From positions 1 through 52,976 of IMG/VR virus record IMGVR_UViG_3300032523_001138: a stretch of 52,976 nt of DNA; one strand, 5' to 3'. Within the stretch, counting starts at the first letter, position 1, and each line of letters starts with the position of its first letter. The notes under the pieces are model-generated. The model was not told the DNA's origin and made no database searches. It saw nothing but the letters and a program-made list of their open reading frames with translations. Position numbers and translations under genes: made by a program. Positions 17,178 through 25,784 of this stretch are shown here, piece by piece. The stretch comes from a virus. Lineage: Duplodnaviria > Caudoviricetes.

Positions 17178-19487
17178 ATGCCTCAGCCCTCCTTGATTCT
17201 CCTCCCTCCTAGTGGCTACTCCGCGCAGGGAGTAGTTCCAAAGAAGATCAAGATAAGCCCCAGGGAGGCTCCTCAGCGCAAGGTTCGCCACTACACAAGG
17301 GATACGCCTCGGAAGACAATCATTCCCAGAGGGTTCGACATGGTCTCGACCATCAGGCACCGGATGGACCTGCCCACTCTGCTCGGCATCAAACTACTGG
17401 CCGTCTACGACACCCTTCGGAGTCTTATCTGGCGGAAGACTGAGAGCGGCAACCCTTTCCTGCGTGAGGCCATCACCGTCGGAGTTCTTGCCGCGAAAGG
17501 TTCAGAGCGCGAGATTGCGCGCCACTCCGGCGTGACCGCTACCAAAGTGAAAGAATGCCTGAAGCGGTTGCAGGCGATGGGCTGGATCACTCCCTATGTG
17601 CCGGGCGTAGACGCCAGCCGGTACGAGCTGCCAAATGGGGTGAGGGTGTGGGAGCTGGGCTCCCGTGCGAAGCAAGGGGGAAAGTGGCAGGAGCAGATGC
17701 ACTCGTCGTCCGTCCAAGATGCTTGGTACGAAGCCATGGACCTCAAGTCTCTAGCGTATTGGGGTCTTGACTACCGCAAAACCTCCCCTGCTACACAGCT
17801 TGAAACCGCGACAGACGTTTTGATCGACATCAATGTGATCAAGCCCCCCAAAGCACCCAGACCCCGACAGAAGTCCGCTGCGGGGATACCGATGGCCCTC
17901 GATACCATGCTCGCATATGCGGAGTCCTTCGCGGGACTGCGGGTCGACCCCCGCGTATACGGACCCCAGGCTGACTACGAGAACTCTGATGCGTGGTTCT
18001 GCGCTCCACAGTGGTTTGAAGCTAGAATCGAAGAACTGGGCGAATCAGGGGAATCAGGGGAATCAGAAGAAATCACGGATCACATGTTCAGTGACGCTGC
18101 GGAGGAAGCAACCTCGCAAGCGGCGACGTCAAGGACCATATGGTCCGAAAATGAGCCGAAAAAGGCGCAAAAAACCCGAATTCCGCTTGAAAAAACATGC
18201 GTAGTATCAAGTAGTTGCGACGGCACTGTAGCACATGCATCTGGCCCAAATCAAAGCACCGAATGCCTTGATTCACAGCGTTTCGAGCCTCTTGAGATTC
18301 GCACAATAACTAGCGAAATCAAGAACTTAGCGCGGATCGAAACCGCCCCCATACACAACAACCATAGCAGTACTTTTCCTACGGAAAAGTCAATTCATAC
18401 TTCGTATGAATTTCCTTTTCCTTCTGAAAAGTACTCTGGCCCCTCGCATCCGAAAAATGCCAAAGCGGAAGCGGTGCAGCCCAGAGCGGCTGCACGCATT
18501 CAGCCATCGCCAGTTTTCGGACGCTTTCGGGGCCGGAACGAGAATTTCAGAAATAACTCTCAAGCTACGATGGGAAGCCCATCGCAATCCCAGAGGGGTT
18601 TCTTGTCGACGCCTTATGACGAATTCCCCCAAACCCCCACCCCCAAACCCCTAGCGCCGCCGTCCCCCCTTTCCCCCAAATCGGAATCGGAAAACGAAAA
18701 CTCCGCGATCTTGGTTACTGCCCATCAGACACCGCATCAGACCCCGCATCGGGCCGTGCCCCTGCTTCTTTCCCCGGAGAAACCGCGCGTGATGCCCCCA
18801 GAACGCCCAAGAGCCTCAAACCCCTCCCAGCCCCCAGCCCAACAGCGAATCGCCCCTGTGGAGGCATCTCGCGGGGCAGGAGAGGCACTTCCAGTGACGC
18901 CTCCGAACCTCACGGCGATTCTCGATGTGATCGAGCAGTCCAAGGCTCGCAGTCGTGCGGCCATCGAAGCGAGGTTTCAGAAGGCTCGGACCAAGGAGCG
19001 CAAGAAAGAGAACCTGACCAGCGACAAGGCGTACCGAAGCCAGAAGCCTGGGGCGCTACGGATTGAACAAGCTTGGCGCGAGGAGATGGCCATCGCATTT
19101 CCCGATCTGCCCCAGATTGCATGGTTCAAGCGCGAGCAGGGGAAGCTCCTCGCCCGCAAGGAGGGGAAGCTGATCGCTGACCTGATCGATGGCTACGCCG
19201 GTGACGAGGCTGCCGTCGAGAACCTTGTCAGAGGGTTCGTGGTGCATTGGGACACGTTCGGGCCGATGCTGACGAAGACCAAGGACGGCACTCCGACTAT
19301 TGGCCTCCTCTACGCTTGCCACGCCTCGGTGATGGTAGAGCTGCGAAGGGTCGCGAAATCCCCTACCAAGGCAACTCACACTGAGTACGCGGACTGGCTG
19401 GCATCCGTAGGGAAGGACCCCTTCGCATCCCCACCCCCCGAAATGCTGGCGATGCACAAGGCATCAAGGGCCAAGAATCCAAAATGA
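17178..19487 (+). CDS. Putative replication initiator with winged HTH
   Basis: SEREIARHSGVTATKVKECLKRLQAMGWI; long disordered middle; directly upstream of DnaC-like and DnaB genes. Confidence 0.6.
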   Translation: MPQPSLILLPPSGYSAQGVVPKKIKISPREAPQRKVRHYTRDTPRKTIIPRGFDMVSTIRHRMDLPTLLGIKLLAVYDTLRSLIWRKTESGNPFLREAITVGVLAAKGSEREIARHSGVTATKVKECLKRLQAMGWITPYVPGVDASRYELPNGVRVWELGSRAKQGGKWQEQMHSSSVQDAWYEAMDLKSLAYWGLDYRKTSPATQLETATDVLIDINVIKPPKAPRPRQKSAAGIPMALDTMLAYAESFAGLRVDPRVYGPQADYENSDAWFCAPQWFEARIEELGESGESGESEEITDHMFSDAAEEATSQAATSRTIWSENEPKKAQKTRIPLEKTCVVSSSCDGTVAHASGPNQSTECLDSQRFEPLEIRTITSEIKNLARIETAPIHNNHSSTFPTEKSIHTSYEFPFPSEKYSGPSHPKNAKAEAVQPRAAARIQPSPVFGRFRGRNENFRNNSQATMGSPSQSQRGFLSTPYDEFPQTPTPKPLAPPSPLSPKSESENENSAILVTAHQTPHQTPHRAVPLLLSPEKPRVMPPERPRASNPSQPPAQQRIAPVEASRGAGEALPVTPPNLTAILDVIEQSKARSRAAIEARFQKARTKERKKENLTSDKAYRSQKPGALRIEQAWREEMAIAFPDLPQIAWFKREQGKLLARKEGKLIADLIDGYAGDEAAVENLVRGFVVHWDTFGPMLTKTKDGTPTIGLLYACHASVMVELRRVAKSPTKATHTEYADWLASVGKDPFASPPPEMLAMHKASRAKNPK

Positions 19488-20110
19488 ATGAAACCTCGGC
19501 ACCTCCCCAGCCTGCGCTGATGGTGTGTGACGATTGGGTCCTTCTGCGCATGAACGTCCCCGAGCGTCTGTGGGGCGCGAGCTACCAATTTATGACTAAG
19601 GATCTGAAGCGTCCGATACTCCGCTACGTCGGCAGTATTCGTCAGATGCTCCAACGAGGCGTCGGCTTCTGGTTGTTCGGCGGAGCCAGCACTGGGAAGA
19701 CTTGTGCTGGCATCGTGCTGCTCAAAGCAGGATGGGAACGGGGCTACGTCGGTTACTACACCACCGTGAAGGAGCTACGGCAGTCCCTCAAGGAGAATGC
19801 AGACTTCGACTCCTCGGAGTCTGTCATGTCGCGTGTCCGTGCGGTCGACATCCTCGTGATCGATGACCTCGCGGAAGACGACTACAAAAACTTCACCTTT
19901 GGCATTAGCGACGTCGAGCACTTGCTGAAGTCCCGTTCGTCTCGTGGGAAGACCACCGTGCTTTCGACCCGACTCGGTCCCAGTGACCTCTCGGTCGACT
20001 ACCCTTCCATACTTCGTTCCATGCGTGGAACCTTCCATGCGGTCTCCTGTGAGGGAACCGAGCGGCAAGACTCTGCGTCGGAACAACTCCGAAAAGACTT
20101 AGGGGGCTAA
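19484..20110 (+). CDS. DnaC/IstB-like helicase loader ATPase
   Basis: Walker A GGASTGKT, Walker B ILVIDDL; position before DnaB. Confidence 0.85.
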   Translation: MNETSAPPQPALMVCDDWVLLRMNVPERLWGASYQFMTKDLKRPILRYVGSIRQMLQRGVGFWLFGGASTGKTCAGIVLLKAGWERGYVGYYTTVKELRQSLKENADFDSSESVMSRVRAVDILVIDDLAEDDYKNFTFGISDVEHLLKSRSSRGKTTVLSTRLGPSDLSVDYPSILRSMRGTFHAVSCEGTERQDSASEQLRKDLGG

Positions 20111-22660
20111 GTGGCTGACCTCGACCTGTCTCTCGCTGCTGCACTACTGGCAGGCGGAATGCCCAGCGTGCGCTTCCTTTCAGAGAACGGCTTTCGCGCC
20201 GAGCTGCTCGAAGGGGACGGCAGGATTGTCTACGACTTTACGTTCGACTTTCTCAAGACTTACAACACGTTTCCGTCGACGTCGATTGTCGAGCGTGAAA
20301 CTGGTGTGCTCGTCCCCGCTCCGACTGACCCGCTCCCATATCTTGTCGACGCCGCCTACGACCGGAAACTCCACGGGCTCCTTCACGCTGGAGTGAAAGA
20401 CCTCATCGGAATCCTCGACAAAGGAGAGCCTGCGAAAGGCCGAGCAGCGGTCGAAGACCTGCTGCGTACGATGCGGAAGCTCGACACTCGCTCCGCTCTC
20501 GTCGAGAGCATGCCCGCCCTCGGCGACAAGGTCATCGCCTACTACGAGAAGATCAAGCGCGGCGAGCGCGGCATCCAGACCCCGTGGCCGACTATTAACG
20601 ACTCGACGCTGGGGCTCTGGCCGGAAGACTTGGTGCTGCTCGTCGCCCGCATGGGCATCGGCAAGTGTCTGGTTCGCACTTCGACGTGCATTGATCCTGT
20701 GACCGGGATGGAACACACTATCGAGGATATCTACTCGAACGACGGGGTACAGTTCACACCTTCGTGGAGCAAAGAAGACGGAATACATCCGCGCAAGCTC
20801 GTGGCCAAGATCAACACAGGTCGCAAGCCGTGCAGACGAATCACGTTTTCGTCGGGGCGGACGCTAGATGCAGGGCTTGAGCACCCCTTGTTGACGGTGG
20901 AAGGTTGGAACCGAATCGAGAACATGCGCGTGGGGATGACCGCTGCGCTCGCGTCGCGCATGCCCTTCCCCTCACAGCCTGTTCACCTCCCGCCGGAGGA
21001 GGTTTTCATTCTCTCCCTGCTGTTGGCTGAGGGTTCTTACACCGGCCACCACACAGGGTTCACGTCGTCAGACGACACCATCGTCCACAGGGCGAAAGAG
21101 GCGGCGACGCTCTACGACACGCATCTGAAGTTTCAGGGCAAGTACGCCTACGACTTCATCCGAAACAATCCGTCAGGATCGAATGGAGTGCTCGCGCTGC
21201 TACGCAAGCACGGGATCGAGAACACTCTCGCGAAACACAAGAGCATCCCTTCCGCGATATACCAGCTCTCGGCACCGCAGCTCTCTGACTTCTTGTCGAC
21301 CTTCTGGATGAGCGACGGCTACGTCGACGGCACCGGCCCTTGTATGGTGCTGGCGTCAGAACGTATGCTCCGACAGATACAGCACCTGCTGCTTCGCTTC
21401 GGCATCCAGTCTTCAATTGATCCGAAACCAAGCAAGCTGAACGGCAAGGTGTTCGATGCTTGGAGGCTCCGTGTGTACGCCCAAGATTGGGAGACGTTTC
21501 AAGGTGCCATCCCGCTGTGGTCCGAGAAGGCTAAACGTCTGCAAGAGCTGACCGCGAAGGGTCGCAATCCCAACATCGGATTTCCTCGCGTCTCTGACGC
21601 ATTCGTGCAGGAGATGCGCGCAGTGGTCGCGTCGAACCCGAAGCAGCTTTGTCGGGTCGGCGACCTCTTGGGTCGCAGCAGTCCGTTCCAATTCAAAAAT
21701 ATCTTCGGGCAAAGCGGTACCGGCTCCCTGATCACGCGGCCCTTTCAGGCTTTCTGCGAAGTTCATGGAGTTGCCGACAAGTACCGCTGGATATGGGACT
21801 CCAACATTTTCTGGGACGTCATCGAACGAATCGACGACATCGGCGAGCAAGACACCTACGACTTCACCGTAGACACGACCGAGTGCTTCGTGGCGGACGA
21901 CGTCATCGTTCACAACAGCTGGACGGCGATCCTCCTCGCTGGCACCGCGTGGGAGCAAGGCAAGAAGGTTCTGGTGGCGACGACCGAGATGTCGAAGGAG
22001 ACAATGGTCCAGCGCTACCTCGCCACGAAGTTCCGCCTACCCTACGGCGACTTCCGCAAAGGCAAGCTCGACTCGTTCACCGAGAAGCGGTTCCGCGACG
22101 GCGTCGCCTCGATTGCCAACAGTCCGAACCTGAACATCGTTGGCGGAGACTTCGACTTCAGCATGGACACGTTCGCAGGCATCTGCATGGACGAGAAACC
22201 CGACCTCGTCATCGTCGACGGTGCGTACCTGCTCAAGGTTCCTGGCATCACGCGCACTGAACGCGCGGCCAACGTCTTCGACGAGCTGAAGCGCATCGCG
22301 AAACGAAGCAAGGCTGCTGTCGTTGCGACGATGCAGTTCAACCGTGAGGTGAAGGTCAACCAAGCCAAGACGGTGCAGGCGGACAGCATCGCAATGACCG
22401 ACGTCGCAGGGTGGAACGCCGATCTCATCTTCGGGCTCATCCAGACCGAGGAGATGAAAAAGAACCGCCGCATGACTTTCAAGCCTCTCAAGGTGCGAGA
22501 AGGCGAGAGCGAAGAGATCGAGTGCAATTGGGACTTCGAGCGGATGGACTTTTCCGAGATACCGAAGGCAAACTTCGGCAACAACCCCGCCTTCTCCCCG
22601 TCAGGTGTTCCGAGTGGCCCCGACGCGGCTGCCGACGATTTCATCGGCGATTTGTTCTAG
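20111..22660 (+). CDS. dnaB: DnaB-like replicative helicase with intein (432 aa spliced)
   Basis: GIQTPW, spliced Walker A ARMGIGK|S, TEM, VIVDG, QFNR. Confidence 0.92.
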   Translation: MADLDLSLAAALLAGGMPSVRFLSENGFRAELLEGDGRIVYDFTFDFLKTYNTFPSTSIVERETGVLVPAPTDPLPYLVDAAYDRKLHGLLHAGVKDLIGILDKGEPAKGRAAVEDLLRTMRKLDTRSALVESMPALGDKVIAYYEKIKRGERGIQTPWPTINDSTLGLWPEDLVLLVARMGIGKCLVRTSTCIDPVTGMEHTIEDIYSNDGVQFTPSWSKEDGIHPRKLVAKINTGRKPCRRITFSSGRTLDAGLEHPLLTVEGWNRIENMRVGMTAALASRMPFPSQPVHLPPEEVFILSLLLAEGSYTGHHTGFTSSDDTIVHRAKEAATLYDTHLKFQGKYAYDFIRNNPSGSNGVLALLRKHGIENTLAKHKSIPSAIYQLSAPQLSDFLSTFWMSDGYVDGTGPCMVLASERMLRQIQHLLLRFGIQSSIDPKPSKLNGKVFDAWRLRVYAQDWETFQGAIPLWSEKAKRLQELTAKGRNPNIGFPRVSDAFVQEMRAVVASNPKQLCRVGDLLGRSSPFQFKNIFGQSGTGSLITRPFQAFCEVHGVADKYRWIWDSNIFWDVIERIDDIGEQDTYDFTVDTTECFVADDVIVHNSWTAILLAGTAWEQGKKVLVATTEMSKETMVQRYLATKFRLPYGDFRKGKLDSFTEKRFRDGVASIANSPNLNIVGGDFDFSMDTFAGICMDEKPDLVIVDGAYLLKVPGITRTERAANVFDELKRIAKRSKAAVVATMQFNREVKVNQAKTVQADSIAMTDVAGWNADLIFGLIQTEEMKKNRRMTFKPLKVREGESEEIECNWDFERMDFSEIPKANFGNNPAFSPSGVPSGPDAAADDFIGDLF
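20666..21916 (+). mobile_element. Intein in DnaB, 417 aa, LAGLIDADG endonuclease
   Basis: CLV...VIVHN|S; LSLLLAEGS and FLSTFWMSDG motifs. Confidence 0.95.
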
Positions 22661-22669
22661 GAGGTCACT

Positions 22670-23065
22670 GTGGCTGACGACGGCTTTGAGGTTCCGAACT
22701 ACCCCATCATCTTTCGGCACATGGTGCTTGCCATCTTCCTGAACGCGGACTTGCCTCGGGCGCGTCCAGCGAACAGCCGGAACAAGATTCCGGTGAAGTC
22801 GTCGCCGAACAAAGACAACTTCGACCCCACCAAGTTCAACGCAGCAATGGACATCGCCCTCGCCCAGCTCAAGAAGTACCGTATGGTCCCTGAGTCGAGC
22901 AGCCGAGAAGCCATCACGCTCACATCTTACGGGAGGGAGGCGGACTCGAAGCACCGCCGAGAGCAGGGCGGAGCCACGAAAACTAAACGATTCGACAAGT
23001 TCTACGTTCAGCTGCTCGTCGAAGAGCGGAAGCACGTCAACAAGTCGATCATCGCCGTCACCTGA
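22670..23065 (+). CDS. Hypothetical protein
   Basis: AGGAGG RBS before GTG. Confidence 0.75.
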   Translation: MADDGFEVPNYPIIFRHMVLAIFLNADLPRARPANSRNKIPVKSSPNKDNFDPTKFNAAMDIALAQLKKYRMVPESSSREAITLTSYGREADSKHRREQGGATKTKRFDKFYVQLLVEERKHVNKSIIAVT

Positions 23066-23069
23066 TCGG

Positions 23070-23076
23070 TGTTACT
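23070..23076 (+). promoter_or_regulatory. TGTTACT motif (putative phage promoter)
   Basis: In the 19-bp gap before the primase ATG 23085. Confidence 0.65.
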
Positions 23077-23084
23077 GAGGCTCC

Positions 23085-24143
23085 ATGCAATCGGAGGACA
23101 TCACGGACCTGCTGGACAAAATCGGGTGCAACCGCATTCGGCAGAATATGTCCGGCTGGGTGAACGCTTCCTGTCCGTTCGCCCCCTTCACGAAGCTGCA
23201 CAAGACGCGAGAGGACAAAAGCTCGTCCTTCGGCATCCGCATCGACGACGGTCCCAGCCACTACCGCTGCTTCACCTGCAATGCGAAAGGGTCCGTCACT
23301 GAACTGCTGACAAGGCTGCGAGCCTTGATGGTGGCGGGAGGCCACGACACCGCCGCGTTCTCCGACATCTTCCAGTGGGTGCTGGCGAAGGATCGAGACT
23401 CGCTGTCCTCGACCGACCTGCTGAAAGCCGCTTTGGAGCGGGCAGAGAAGCGCCCAACGGGTCCGATGGAAGTGGGAGGCATCCGGCTCTCCGCGAAGAC
23501 CGCACAGGCGGCGCTTGGCTACGCCTACGACGTGCCGGAGACTGTGCTGGCCGAGTCGGACCTGTCTGATTTTTCTGAGCTAGACGGGGATTCGTTCGAC
23601 TACCTCAAGTCACGCGGGCTCGACGAGAAGTCGATTGCAGATTGGGAGTTCCGCTGGCATCGGATGGCCCGGCGAATCGCCATCCCCATCCGCGACTGCA
23701 AAAAAAGACTCGTGGGCATATCGGGTCGTTCACTTGAAGGGGAGAGCAAACGAAAGTTTTTGCATTCCCTCGGGTTCCAGCGCGACCGCTATCTCTACGG
23801 GGAGGTCCGTCTGAAGGAGGGCGGCGAGGGGACAGGCGTGGTCGTCGAGGGCTTCTTCGACGCGATTCACCTCTGGCAGCACGGCTACCAAGGCGTCGCC
23901 ATCATGGGAACGCACGTCAGCCGCATTCAGATTGAGAAGCTCGTTCGCTTCTTCAAGAACCTTGTGATCCTCCCCGACGGTGACGCCCCTGGACTGGAGG
24001 CTGCAGACCGTATGAAGGACGTCCTGCTCACGCGCATCCCCACGCGCATCGCGAAGATTCCGATGAACCGCGACCCGGACGAACTGTCTGCTCTGGAGTT
24101 GGCCGAGACCCTTGGATCACCAAACTCGGTTGGAATTCACTGA
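23085..24143 (+). CDS. dnaG: DNA primase (Zn finger plus Toprim)
   Basis: CPF..H...CFTC Zn finger; ISGR; VVEGFFDAI; PDGDAPG. Confidence 0.92.
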   Translation: MQSEDITDLLDKIGCNRIRQNMSGWVNASCPFAPFTKLHKTREDKSSSFGIRIDDGPSHYRCFTCNAKGSVTELLTRLRALMVAGGHDTAAFSDIFQWVLAKDRDSLSSTDLLKAALERAEKRPTGPMEVGGIRLSAKTAQAALGYAYDVPETVLAESDLSDFSELDGDSFDYLKSRGLDEKSIADWEFRWHRMARRIAIPIRDCKKRLVGISGRSLEGESKRKFLHSLGFQRDRYLYGEVRLKEGGEGTGVVVEGFFDAIHLWQHGYQGVAIMGTHVSRIQIEKLVRFFKNLVILPDGDAPGLEAADRMKDVLLTRIPTRIAKIPMNRDPDELSALELAETLGSPNSVGIH

Positions 24144-24148
24144 GACCC

Positions 24149-24155
24149 TGTTACT
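24149..24155 (+). promoter_or_regulatory. TGTTACT motif (putative phage promoter)
   Basis: Immediately after the primase stop, upstream of the SSB-like gene. Confidence 0.6.
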
Positions 24156-24236
24156 GCTCCGATGCTCGGGTGTCCCGACGAGCACTCAACCAAGGGACAT
24201 AGGCAAGTGCTTCCCAGACGGAAGCCGAAGGAAAAA

Positions 24237-25058
24237 ATGACAGGAAAAAGCTGGTACACGACCGGATTCTCCAAGGACTCCGGCAATGGCAAGAGCGATA
24301 TGTTCTCGTGGGATCCGGATAGGGTCTGGATGCCCGCAAAGGATTCGCGTGACTTCGTTTTCGTCGACGACGCGCCTTTTACGTTTGAGGAGCACGGGCT
24401 GAAGCTGAATGGTAGCTGGAAGAACTGGATCACCTGCCTCGCGCCGGTGATCGAAGACGGCGAGCCATGTTGCTGTCAGATTGCAGGGAAGGACACTCGC
24501 TACCGCGTCTCGATGCTGACCATCGTCGACACGTCGAAGTGGACCGACAAAAAAGGGCAGGTTCGGCAGTACGAAATCAAAGTGCTTCCCGCGAAGTACA
24601 AGACTGCCCAGAAGCTCGATAGGAAGATGGTCGACCTTGCCAAAGAGGGGAAGTCGATCATCGGGCGGCTCTATAAGGTCACGCGAGAGACTGACAAGAG
24701 TCCTGCCGTCGGCGACGACTACGAGTTCTCCCGCGAAGTGGACATGGTGAAGCTGTTCGACCTTGTGAACTACAAGGGGAAGAAACTGTCTGACCTCTAC
24801 ACGGCGGCAGACGAGAGTGCAGTGAACTACGCGAAGCTGGCGAGGATATTTGCCATCAGCAAGGGCGCTGACGGCAAGATTGTACGGAAGGTCGTTCCCT
24901 TCCGTTATGACGCCATCTACCAACCGAAGACCCCAAAAGAGGTCAAGGACATGCTCGGAGGCTTCGACGCATCCGAGAACGGCCACGACAGCCGAGGCAA
25001 CGGGAGCAGCAAAGAAAGCCACTCGACTGCCGCTGTTGACGACGAAATTCCCTTTTAG
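24237..25058 (+). CDS. Phage single-stranded DNA-binding protein (gp32-like)
   Basis: H...C...CC metal ligands, acidic DDEIPF tail, position after primase; AAGGA RBS. Confidence 0.7.
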   Translation: MTGKSWYTTGFSKDSGNGKSDMFSWDPDRVWMPAKDSRDFVFVDDAPFTFEEHGLKLNGSWKNWITCLAPVIEDGEPCCCQIAGKDTRYRVSMLTIVDTSKWTDKKGQVRQYEIKVLPAKYKTAQKLDRKMVDLAKEGKSIIGRLYKVTRETDKSPAVGDDYEFSREVDMVKLFDLVNYKGKKLSDLYTAADESAVNYAKLARIFAISKGADGKIVRKVVPFRYDAIYQPKTPKEVKDMLGGFDASENGHDSRGNGSSKESHSTAAVDDEIPF

Positions 25059-25100
25059 AATGGAATTTGTCGCCGAGCGTAAAGCGGTTATGTTTGAAGA

Positions 25101-25538
25101 ATGACGCTCGAAAAAATCTGCTTCAAGTGCCATGTCCTCAAACCGATTGACGCTTACTACACGCACCCCCGGATGGCCGATGGCCATCTGGGGAAGTGCA
25201 AGGAGTGTACGAAACGAGATGCTCGCGCCCGTTTTGAGGAGGAGCGCCCGTACATTGCTCGATACGAGCGTGAGCGCGCCCAGACTCCTGAACGCAAACT
25301 GAAAATGGCTGAGTACCAACGACGGCGACGTGAACGCGACCCTGAAAAGTACAAGGCACGGACGGCCCTCGGAAACGCTCTGCGCGACGGTCGAGTCATC
25401 CGAGGTCCATGTGGGGTCTGCGGGACGACGTTGCGGGTGCAAGGACACCACCACGACTACTCCAAGGCGCTCGACGTCCGCTGGCTCTGTTTCAAGCATC
25501 ATCGAGAGGACGAGCATGGTCAGATCACCAACCCGTAG
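25101..25538 (+). CDS. Free-standing HNH-type endonuclease
   Basis: CxxC...CKEC N-terminus; CGVCG...GHHHDYSKALDVRWLCFKHH. Confidence 0.8.
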   Translation: MTLEKICFKCHVLKPIDAYYTHPRMADGHLGKCKECTKRDARARFEEERPYIARYERERAQTPERKLKMAEYQRRRRERDPEKYKARTALGNALRDGRVIRGPCGVCGTTLRVQGHHHDYSKALDVRWLCFKHHREDEHGQITNP

Positions 25539-25544
25539 AGACTC

Positions 25545-25784
25545 ATGCGAGTGATTGCTGTCCGTCTCCATCGCGGCCTGAACAAGATGGACGTGCTCGT
25601 TGAGTTTTCCGGTGGGCACCTCCGCATCCCCATCTCGTGGATGACCCGCCTTCCCACCGACCTGCCTCCGGCGGACTGGTACGCGTCCGTCCGTCGCGAG
25701 GTCGAGTTACACCGTGAGCGGACCTCAGCGTCGCAAGCCTCTGTGCGAGCACTGAACAACTTTATGGCGGGTCGACTGAAATGA
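25545..25784 (+). CDS. Hypothetical protein
   Basis: ATGA overlap with the helicase start. Confidence 0.6.
   Translation: MRVIAVRLHRGLNKMDVLVEFSGGHLRIPISWMTRLPTDLPPADWYASVRREVELHRERTSASQASVRALNNFMAGRLK

Noticed and set aside
21649-22260. Alternative-frame ORFs in the DnaB, RecA, ParB and TerL inteins as further nested endonucleases
   Set aside because: No nuclease motifs; these inteins already carry in-frame endonucleases.
24186-25619. 477-aa minus-strand ORF
   Set aside because: Antisense to the SSB and HNH genes; typical GC-rich shadow ORF.
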